From a candidate division WWE3 bacterium RIFCSPHIGHO2_02_FULL_38_14 (lineage in GTDB: Bacteria; Patescibacteriota; WWE3; UBA101185; UBA10185), in the NCBI GenBank assembly GCA_001772865.1, contig MEVD01000015.1:88252-152167 (forward strand): DNA of 63,916 bases, in the 5' to 3' direction. The notes under the pieces were generated by a model that did not search any database, had not been told where the DNA came from, and saw only the letters and a program-made list of their open reading frames with translations. Of the stretch, positions 55,735 through 63,916 are shown piece after piece. A program made the translations under genes and the position numbers. Numbering within the stretch: position 1 is the stretch's first letter; each line of letters starts with the position of its first letter.

Positions 55735-58700
55735 ATGCTTTTCAAAAAAGTGGTTAGGTTTTTGCTAATAATATTTTTGTTTTTAACTGCCTTCTATTGG
55801 TCAAATAAGCCTGTTTATGCAGCAGTTACTTTTGAACAGCAAATCAATATTATAGATCAGGAATATTACACTATATCCACCACAGACAGTCCAACAGATA
55901 ATTCTCTAGGTATTATTAAGTGGACCTCAGCCAATTATCCAGATTCCACAGTTTATTTTGAAGCTATGATCAGATCCGGTTTCGCTACTTATACCGCCAC
56001 TGCCACATTATATGATATTACTGAAGACCCAGATGCAGCTGTAAGTGGAGCAACAGTATCCACTACCGCGGGCTATACAAGAGTTAGAAGTTCAGCAATT
56101 ACCCTTACCGACGGACATGAATATACTGCTCGATTAAAAGTGAGTTGCACGGGATGTGCTGCATATTTTAAAGCAGCACGTTTAATAGTAGTTCAGTCCG
56201 ATTCTACGAAAATAATTGATACTGAAAACCAAGTGGAGATAGGCAATGCAGAAGGTAAATCCGACACAAGTTATTCATCTATAGAAGGCAAAAAATTATA
56301 TAGATACGATTCTTCTGTATTCAGCCCAACTCCAACTGCATATTTTGAATCATCGTTCCGTGCCTCTTCTCCGATGCTTGAACAGCAGATTGAAATTGTA
56401 GATCAAGAATATTACGTAAAGTCATCCACGGACGGACCAACCGATAATTCTTTAGGAATAATAAAATGGGTCGCTGGAAACTATACTGGTGCTACTGTTT
56501 ATTTTGAAGCAGTCATGAAATCAGGATTCGCGACATATAATGTTTCTGCAACCCTATATGACGTTACAGCTGATCCTGACACTGCTGTATCCGGAAGTAC
56601 AACACCAACAACTACTAATGGAACCTATACTCGGCTACGTGCAACCTCCGCTATTACACTTACAGACGGGAGAGAATATACAGTACGAATTAAATCCAGC
56701 AATGGTTCTGAAGCATATATTAAGTCTGCCCGATTAATCATCGTTCAAAGCAACTCGACAAAAATCACTGATACAGAACAGCAAGTCGATATAGGTAATG
56801 GGGAAGGTAGATCTGCTAACAGCTATGATGTACTCGATAGAAAAAAACTTTATTACTATGATTCGTCAGGTTTCAACCCAACACCTACTGCTTATTTTGA
56901 GTCAACATTCAGAGCTTCATCTCCAAAACTTGATCAACAAATTAATATAATAGACCAAATTTATTCATCCTCATCGGCTACTGACAACCCTACAGATAAC
57001 TCTTTAGGTTTAATTCGGTGGACAAGTGGTTCATACACAAGTGCTACTGTTTACTTTGAAGCAATTATTAAAACCGCAAGCGGAACATCAACCGCCACAG
57101 CTACACTATACAACTCATCTGGAGTAGCAGTATCTGGGGCTGCTGTCTCAACCAGCTCTGCAAACTACACTAGGCTTAGAAGTAGCGCTATAACACTTAC
57201 TGATGGCACTGACTACACTGTTAGAATAAAGAACTCAACAGGGGCTCAAAATACATTTATACTATCCGCCCGATTAATAATCCTCCAATCTGATTCTACA
57301 AGAATAGATGATACAGAAACTCAAATAGAAGTAGGAAACTCCGTAACTGACATCACCAACACAACCTATTCAACCCTAACTGACCCCAAAATATACCTGT
57401 ACGACACAAACAAGTTTTCCGGTACTGAATCGATATACTTTGAAGCCACTCTTCACTCCGATAATGCCTCCGATACGGTTTTTGCCCAACTTTTACGGTG
57501 CAATTCCGCATCTGATTGCAGTGGCGGAACAGCTGTAACCGGTTCGGAAATTTCAACTAACTCAACCACCTACGCTCGCGTAAGGAGCAGCGATATTTTT
57601 TCCAATATGACTGATGATGCTAATTATGCTGTACAAATTAAAACCTCCGCAGGCACAGGAGATATTGCAAATGCGAAAATAATTAACGTACAAGACGGAG
57701 GTGGAACCGGCCTTACCGACGTAGAAGTTATACATGAATACATAAATACTTTGAACACCCAAGCCACTTCCACATATACAAATAAAACTTCTAATAACCT
57801 TTATGACCCGCAAAATTTCGGTGTTTGGCCATCAGTCTATTTCGAAGCAAGTATGAAGACTAGCTCTGGTACAGGGTATGCCAGACTAGAAAATACTGGT
57901 CTTGGGGTTTCTACTGCAGCAATCTCTAACGCTGAATTAACAACAACTCTTACAACCTACAATCGGGTTCGAACAGCAAGTGATCTTGTTTTAAATCTTC
58001 TACCACAAGCTGTTCAAGATATGGATATAGAAATGAAAAATTCAGCCACCAACACAACTTCAGTATCTTCATCATGGCTTGTAATTCAATTTTCAAGTAT
58101 TCCGACTAACGGGCCGACAGGAGCAGTGGAACTATATAACGATACAGACGGTACATCAGTATCGGGTAGTGAAGTAACATCTACAAGTGCAAGTTTTACC
58201 AGAATTAAAAGCAACTCATTTTCACTCACTACAGGAAAAAATTATTCTGTGAGGATAAAATCTGCATTCCAAGCTAACGCCAAATTAACATTAAACCAAT
58301 CAAACGCTGGTGGAGTTACTGCAACAGAGATAATTCACCAGAACATTACTGTGTTAACAACTGAGGCTACATCTACATATACCAACAAGAATTATTTCAA
58401 TCTTTTTGATCCACAAAATTTCGGTGTATGGCCAACTGTTTATTATGAAGCTACTATGAAGACTAGTGCCGGAACTGGCTATACTCAACTTGAGGACGCC
58501 ATAGCAAACTTCAATACAATCTCCATCTCTTCGGAAATAACTACAACGAGCACCTCATACACTAGGGTAAGAGGAACTGACAATTTAATGTATCAACTTA
58601 AGCCTCAAGCAAGTCAAAATATTGATGTTGAAGTAAAAAATTCTGCGACTAACACAACATCTGTAACAGCTTCTTGGTTGATAATTCAACTTGCAAATAT

Positions 58701-61700
58701 TCCTACTACTGCATCTACAGGCGCTATTCAGTTATATAATGACACGGATAGTACATCCGTTTCTGGTAGTGAAGTGACTTCTACCAATTCTGGATTTACC
58801 AGAGTTAGAAGCGGGTCTGTTTCTCTGACTACAAATAAAAACTACTCAGTTCAACTAAAGTCCGCATTTCAGGCAAACGCAAAATTAATACTCGTACAAT
58901 CTGATACCGATGGAATAGCGACTACTGAATTATTACATCAACAAGTGAACGCCGTGTTTACACGGGCCAATTCCGGTTATGCGGATCAAGATATAAATAA
59001 TCAGTACGATCCAACCAACTTCGCGGGAGGTACTTTTAACTATTTTTACGAAGCAACACTTAAAGCTTCCGCAGGTACAGCTTACGCCATTCTTGAAAAC
59101 GACACTAATAGCGATCAAATTAATAGCCCCACAACTTCCGAAGTTACTGTCATTTCAACTTCATATACAAGAATCAGAAGTGGTTCTTTAGGCGCAAATA
59201 CCGATTGGCCCACAACCGCAAAAAACATGGACACACAAATAAGAAATTCAGCATCTAATACCACATATGCTTCTAATACATGGCTTGTTATACAAACTTC
59301 TAATATGAGTCCACCTGATGCTCCTTCTTCATTAGCCCAATACAAATCAGATGGCACTACCTCTATTTCTACCGGTAGTTATACAAATGAAACTTCAGTA
59401 GTTCTTAAAATGTCCATGAACCACACTAATAATCCCGATACTTTAACTCCTGAAGTTGAAATTAGGGCTGTAGGGACTTCCTTCACGGATTCTGTAACAG
59501 ATACAGGCAGTGGTGTTGCTTTTTCCGGCTCTCCTGTTACTGGAACTGTTACTGTTACCGGTTTAACTGACGGACAAAGCTACCATTGGCAGTCAAGAGT
59601 ATGCGATTCTTCTTCCCGCTGTTCAGATTGGGGGTCATATGGCGCGAACTTAGAATCGGAAGCTGATTTTACTGTAGACACTACTAACCCAACCACTCCA
59701 GGAACTCCCTCAACAACAACTCCTACTTCAGATACAACTCCAACATGGACTTGGACTGCTTCTTCGGATTCTGGCTCTGGCTTAGCGGCAACCCCATATA
59801 CTGTTGAGTGGTGTGATAATTCAGGCTTTACAGGATGTGAGGTGTTCGCATCTACTTCATCAACCAACTCATTTACACACTCCACTGCTCTAGCTGACGG
59901 AACTTGGTACTTTAGAGTTAGAGCTACCGATGTTGCAGGTAACGTATCATCATATTCCTCAAATGGAAGTGCAGTTATTGATACTACTGCTCCCTTAACC
60001 CCCGGAACTCCTTCTACCACTACACCTACTGCAGACTCAACCCCCGTATGGACTTGGACTGCTTCATCGGACTCCGGTTCCGGGCTGGCTTCTACTCCAT
60101 ATACTATTGAGTGGTGTACTGACTCCGGATTTTCAGGTTGCGGCTCAAATACTGATACCTCCACAACTAATTCATACACTCACAGCACTGAACTAGCCAA
60201 CGGAACTTGGTATGTTAGAGTCAAAGCTAAAGATACCGTAGATAATGAATCAGGATATTCTTCTAATGGAACGGCTGTTATTGATACTACAGGTCCAACT
60301 ACTCCAGGAACTCCAACCTCAACTTCTTTAACTACGGATACCACCCCTGAATGGACTTGGACTGCCTCAATAGACAGTGGTGTGGGACTGGCAACTACTC
60401 CATATACTGTCGAGTGGTGCACAGATTCGGGATTTTCAGGATGCGCTGCCAATACTGACACAACATCAACTAATTCATTTACACACACCACAGCTCTTGC
60501 TGCAGGCACATGGTATTTTAGAGTTAAAGCCGAAGATACTTTAGGTAATGAATCCAGCTATTCATCTAATGGAACATTTACCATAGCCTCATCTTCTACC
60601 GGCGACAGTACTAAACCATCCAAACCCGGAAAACCTTCTACTTCAACTCCGACAAGTGACAACACTCCTAAATGGAAATGGAACGAGTCTACTGACAATG
60701 TGGCTCTTGATGACGACGAACCATACTATGTTACTTGGTGTAAAAACAGCAGATTTAACAACTGCAGCGGAAATGTTGATACTGCTGATGATAACGAATA
60801 TACACATGGAGATTCACTCTCCGATGGAACATGGTATTTCAAGGTTAGAGCAAAAGATTCTTCAGGCAATTATTCCAATTATTCCAGTTCAGGTAAAGTT
60901 GTAATTGATACTACAGCTCCGATAATTACCATAACAGGTACAACTGTCACAGAAACATCAATAAAAGTTACTTGGAAAACCAATGAAAAGAGCCAAACAA
61001 TAATAGAGTGGGGGACAAGTAATTCTTATGGAAGAAGTTACACAAATTCATCATTAGTTAAAGATCATAGTTATAATATTACTGGTCTTAGTAAAGGTAC
61101 TTTATACTACCTAAAAATAACTTCAAAAGACTCTCTTTCTAATACAGGCAAAGTCGAGTTACAACGTCAAACATTGGGAACTTTAGAAGCAACCTTAATC
61201 ACAGATATTAACGTGGTTATCAACTCCCCAACATCTGCAACCATCAACTGGAAAACAAACCACGCAGCTACTTCAGAAATAGATTACGGACTTACCACTA
61301 ACTTCACTGATCAGACTATATCAACAGACAAAGTTATAGTTCACTCAATGACATTAGTGGGATTAACTTCTGACACTACTTATTTTTATGAAATAATCAG
61401 TGTAGGTAATACCACTGCTGTCAATGCATTTAGAACCTTTGATACACCAGGAGAAGAAATAATTGAAGAAATTATTGAAGAAACAACAGACAGCAAAGAA
61501 GCGAGTGAGAGTACATCGGTTATTAATGAGATTGTTGATACAATAACCGACACTATTGAAGATGTAGTAGAGACTATAACAGACACTGTAAAAGATATTG
61601 TAGATAAAATAACTGAAATCATAAGGACAGAAGAATTTAACAAACCTGTTGATACTGTATTTGCTGTTGGAATTAAAAAACTAATCAGAGACCTCCCTAT

Positions 61701-62715
61701 ACCTAAAGTTATAAAAGATATTGCAGAAAAAGCTATTGACGTAATTAAAAGTCCACAGACTCAGAAAATTATTACCTTCGTTGCGGTTGTAGGAAATATC
61801 GCTTCCGCACTCACAGTCCTGCCGAATATCAGAGAAATAATCTCTACCCTAAACCAGATTAAACATGTTAACATTCTTGGATTATTATTTGGACTCTTTA
61901 GGAGAAAGAAAAACCCCTGGGGTATAGTTTATGATTCCCAAACCAAACAGCCCCTGGATCCTGTAATTTTGACACTAACCGACCCAAGCGGAAAAATATA
62001 TCAAACCATTTCTGATATATATGGAAGGTATGAATTTATAGTAGACCCCGGTGAATACACACTTTCTGCAATAAAAACTAACTACACCTTCCCATCAAAA
62101 ATTCTTATGGGTAAAAAGGACGACGGAATATACGAAAATCTATATTTCGGAGAAAAGCTAAATATCCAGCAAGACCAGAAAATTCAAGTCCACATACCTA
62201 TGGATAGAGAAAATGTTGATTGGAATCAGCTCGAGAAACAAAGAATGGGTATTGTAAATAGAAATGTCCGTTTATATAAAGCCGTAGATTATCTATTTAA
62301 CGCCACGCTTATCCTGAATATATTATCTCTATCATTGAGCTACTCTCTAGAAAAAATTGTTATATTCTCGCTATTTATATTTTTATATACTTACCACAAT
62401 TACATAAAATCCCATAAACCATGGGGGATAGTTACCAACTTGGAAAACCAGCCTTTAGGAGGAATAGTCCTTAGGCTTGTCCACGTGAAATTCCCCAAGA
62501 TCAGCGGAGCTATAGCGGTAACCAAAGACAATGGTAGGTATAACTTCCTCGTCAGAAAAGGCACCTACCAGATTGTGGCACATAAGAAAAATCCTGACGG
62601 AACAACACAGGAGATAAACAGGTCAAAAGTTATGGATGTGAAGAAAGAGCAGGGGAGTCTGGGACCTGATTTTAGAGTGGATGCTAAAACAAAAGTAAAT
62701 TCAGTCACTAAATAA
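55735..62715 (+). CDS. Giant (2326 aa) cell-surface protein: nine nested beta-rich modules, FN3/Ig-like stalk, C-terminal membrane anchor
   Basis: Signal peptide (…VYA); repeated VYFEA/TRxRS modules; four 101-aa repeats; two FN3-like domains; TMs with two carboxypeptidase-regulatory-like (PWGIV...GRY) domains. Confidence 0.85.
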   Translation: MLFKKVVRFLLIIFLFLTAFYWSNKPVYAAVTFEQQINIIDQEYYTISTTDSPTDNSLGIIKWTSANYPDSTVYFEAMIRSGFATYTATATLYDITEDPDAAVSGATVSTTAGYTRVRSSAITLTDGHEYTARLKVSCTGCAAYFKAARLIVVQSDSTKIIDTENQVEIGNAEGKSDTSYSSIEGKKLYRYDSSVFSPTPTAYFESSFRASSPMLEQQIEIVDQEYYVKSSTDGPTDNSLGIIKWVAGNYTGATVYFEAVMKSGFATYNVSATLYDVTADPDTAVSGSTTPTTTNGTYTRLRATSAITLTDGREYTVRIKSSNGSEAYIKSARLIIVQSNSTKITDTEQQVDIGNGEGRSANSYDVLDRKKLYYYDSSGFNPTPTAYFESTFRASSPKLDQQINIIDQIYSSSSATDNPTDNSLGLIRWTSGSYTSATVYFEAIIKTASGTSTATATLYNSSGVAVSGAAVSTSSANYTRLRSSAITLTDGTDYTVRIKNSTGAQNTFILSARLIILQSDSTRIDDTETQIEVGNSVTDITNTTYSTLTDPKIYLYDTNKFSGTESIYFEATLHSDNASDTVFAQLLRCNSASDCSGGTAVTGSEISTNSTTYARVRSSDIFSNMTDDANYAVQIKTSAGTGDIANAKIINVQDGGGTGLTDVEVIHEYINTLNTQATSTYTNKTSNNLYDPQNFGVWPSVYFEASMKTSSGTGYARLENTGLGVSTAAISNAELTTTLTTYNRVRTASDLVLNLLPQAVQDMDIEMKNSATNTTSVSSSWLVIQFSSIPTNGPTGAVELYNDTDGTSVSGSEVTSTSASFTRIKSNSFSLTTGKNYSVRIKSAFQANAKLTLNQSNAGGVTATEIIHQNITVLTTEATSTYTNKNYFNLFDPQNFGVWPTVYYEATMKTSAGTGYTQLEDAIANFNTISISSEITTTSTSYTRVRGTDNLMYQLKPQASQNIDVEVKNSATNTTSVTASWLIIQLANIPTTASTGAIQLYNDTDSTSVSGSEVTSTNSGFTRVRSGSVSLTTNKNYSVQLKSAFQANAKLILVQSDTDGIATTELLHQQVNAVFTRANSGYADQDINNQYDPTNFAGGTFNYFYEATLKASAGTAYAILENDTNSDQINSPTTSEVTVISTSYTRIRSGSLGANTDWPTTAKNMDTQIRNSASNTTYASNTWLVIQTSNMSPPDAPSSLAQYKSDGTTSISTGSYTNETSVVLKMSMNHTNNPDTLTPEVEIRAVGTSFTDSVTDTGSGVAFSGSPVTGTVTVTGLTDGQSYHWQSRVCDSSSRCSDWGSYGANLESEADFTVDTTNPTTPGTPSTTTPTSDTTPTWTWTASSDSGSGLAATPYTVEWCDNSGFTGCEVFASTSSTNSFTHSTALADGTWYFRVRATDVAGNVSSYSSNGSAVIDTTAPLTPGTPSTTTPTADSTPVWTWTASSDSGSGLASTPYTIEWCTDSGFSGCGSNTDTSTTNSYTHSTELANGTWYVRVKAKDTVDNESGYSSNGTAVIDTTGPTTPGTPTSTSLTTDTTPEWTWTASIDSGVGLATTPYTVEWCTDSGFSGCAANTDTTSTNSFTHTTALAAGTWYFRVKAEDTLGNESSYSSNGTFTIASSSTGDSTKPSKPGKPSTSTPTSDNTPKWKWNESTDNVALDDDEPYYVTWCKNSRFNNCSGNVDTADDNEYTHGDSLSDGTWYFKVRAKDSSGNYSNYSSSGKVVIDTTAPIITITGTTVTETSIKVTWKTNEKSQTIIEWGTSNSYGRSYTNSSLVKDHSYNITGLSKGTLYYLKITSKDSLSNTGKVELQRQTLGTLEATLITDINVVINSPTSATINWKTNHAATSEIDYGLTTNFTDQTISTDKVIVHSMTLVGLTSDTTYFYEIISVGNTTAVNAFRTFDTPGEEIIEEIIEETTDSKEASESTSVINEIVDTITDTIEDVVETITDTVKDIVDKITEIIRTEEFNKPVDTVFAVGIKKLIRDLPIPKVIKDIAEKAIDVIKSPQTQKIITFVAVVGNIASALTVLPNIREIISTLNQIKHVNILGLLFGLFRRKKNPWGIVYDSQTKQPLDPVILTLTDPSGKIYQTISDIYGRYEFIVDPGEYTLSAIKTNYTFPSKILMGKKDDGIYENLYFGEKLNIQQDQKIQVHIPMDRENVDWNQLEKQRMGIVNRNVRLYKAVDYLFNATLILNILSLSLSYSLEKIVIFSLFIFLYTYHNYIKSHKPWGIVTNLENQPLGGIVLRLVHVKFPKISGAIAVTKDNGRYNFLVRKGTYQIVAHKKNPDGTTQEINRSKVMDVKKEQGSLGPDFRVDAKTKVNSVTK
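59677..60906 (+). repeat. Four tandem ~303-bp (101-aa) intragenic Ig/FN3-like repeats
   Basis: DTT motif codons at 59677, 59980, 60283, (60604) and 60907; each unit has TPxWTW, YTVEWC-x7-C and GTWYFRV. Confidence 0.9.
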
Positions 62716-62941
62716 GAAACCAAACCCAAATTCGGAAGACGATTCAAACGTTAATAATCAGAATTAAAAAAACTTGAAACCCATAACATAATATATATAA
62801 AAGTAGTTAGAAAATAAAGCATAAGAACCCCTTAATATATACTTTTTTCGATTTATGTAATAGTATAATTTAGAATAACACATAAATAACTACAAACTAC
62901 TTTCTTCTAAAAGATACTACAAAGGTATAAAATTAATTAAG

Positions 62942-63916
62942 ATGCTTTTCAAAAAAGTGGTTAGGTTTTTGCTAATAATTGTTTTGTTTTTTACTGCCCA
63001 TTTATGGTCTTCTAAACCTGTTTCGGCAACAACCGCCATTGAGCAGCAGATTAATATAATCAACCAGGAAGTTTGGATTCAAGAAACAACCGATTTCCCA
63101 ACCGATAATTCCCTTGGACTAGTACGCTGGACTTCCGGCAGCTATACAGGAGCAACAGTCTATTTTGAAGGCCTCCTAGCTGCTGCGGCCAGCTCTACTG
63201 TTTACGCAACACTGTATGATTCAGGTGGAAGTACAGTGTCCGGAGGTGCAATTTCTACTTCTGTAAATGGTTATGTAAGGGTACGAAGTGGTGCTATCAC
63301 CCTAGTAGATGGTACAGATTATACTGTTAGGGTCAGATCGAGCGGTACTGCAAACCCGTCAAAAATCAAATTCGCCCGGTTTATTATTTTACAATCAGAT
63401 AGTACTAAACTTACCAATACGGAAACCCAAATTGAAGTAGGAAATAGTGAGGGAACTTCTTCAACTTCTTACACACAATTAACCGACAAAAAAATCTACC
63501 GCTACGATTCAAGCAAATTTACACCGGCACCAACCTCCTATTTCGAAGCAAGTTTCCGGCCTAGTTCACCACTTCTTGAACAGCAAATAAACATTATGGA
63601 TCAGGAATATTTATTCAACTCCACTACTGATGTACCAACTGATAACTCTTTAGGTATCGTGAAATGGACAGCAGGATCATATACCGGAGCTACTGTTTAT
63701 TTTGAGGCAGTAATAAAACCTCCATTCGCTACCTCCGCTACATCTACAGTAAACCTTTACGATAAAACTGCCGATGCTACGGTAACAAATTCAACACTCT
63801 CAACTGGTACACAAACTTATACTCGTTTACGCAGTTCTGCAATTACTCTTACCGATGGTAACGAATACACTGTCAGAATTAAGGCTAGCCGGGATGACTT
63901 TTTTGCTGGTATAAAA
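62942..63916 (+). CDS. Paralogous giant surface protein, 5' part only (runs off window)
   Basis: Open for 325 codons: MLFKKVVRFLLII...EQQINIINQ...TDNSLG...VYFE...YFEASFRPSSPLLEQQINI. First 38 nt are identical to the 55735 gene. Not in the ORF track. Confidence 0.9.
   Translation, partial: MLFKKVVRFLLIIVLFFTAHLWSSKPVSATTAIEQQINIINQEVWIQETTDFPTDNSLGLVRWTSGSYTGATVYFEGLLAAAASSTVYATLYDSGGSTVSGGAISTSVNGYVRVRSGAITLVDGTDYTVRVRSSGTANPSKIKFARFIILQSDSTKLTNTETQIEVGNSEGTSSTSYTQLTDKKIYRYDSSKFTPAPTSYFEASFRPSSPLLEQQINIMDQEYLFNSTTDVPTDNSLGIVKWTAGSYTGATVYFEAVIKPPFATSATSTVNLYDKTADATVTNSTLSTGTQTYTRLRSSAITLTDGNEYTVRIKASRDDFFAGIK

Noticed and set aside
59115-60509. Long minus-strand ORFs (80-199 aa) inside the giant gene
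   Set aside because: Antisense shadows of the Ser/Thr-rich repeats; they carry the same 303-bp period and lack independent signals.
59677-60906. Possible CRISPR array or DGR template/variable repeats
   Set aside because: The repeats are in-frame 303-bp protein domains with synonymous divergence. There are no spacers, no cas genes, no reverse transcriptase and no adenine-specific mismatch pattern.
1-63916. Alternative genetic code (TGA = Gly/Trp)
   Set aside because: Conserved proteins (e.g. TrxB, PRTase) end at TGA at their expected lengths, and ATGA stop/start overlaps are frequent.

Overview
This is AT-rich, densely coded bacterial chromosome using the standard code (TGA = stop). Gene content and protein types point to a CPR/Patescibacteria genome, possibly WWE3- or Microgenomates-like; this is an inference, as no marker gene is present. 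I found no CRISPR array, IS/transposase, integrase, reverse transcriptase or prophage module. The window holds: (i) an envelope hydrolase/OmpR-type two-component cluster (0.4-8.9 kb); (ii) many GT-C-type membrane glycosyltransferases plus polyprenyl synthase, UbiA and GT28/GT2 genes; (iii) a CsoR-copA copper operon with a visible operator; (iv) redox genes (Trx, DipZ, TrxB, SOD, ferric reductase-like, FNR-like, cupredoxin); (v) pyk and a DUF2090 aldolase; (vi) tRNA-Gly(TCC); and (vii) two tandem paralogous giant surface-protein genes. Two observations stand out. First, the 2326-aa protein's N-terminal half reads as a recursively nested ('matryoshka') set of three ~385-393-aa units, each inserted into the same loop of the previous one. 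Second, a TCTCAG-N5-TCTCAG-type direct repeat lies upstream of four envelope-related transcription units, including the two-component system itself. All family calls come from motif recognition by eye; no database searches were run.
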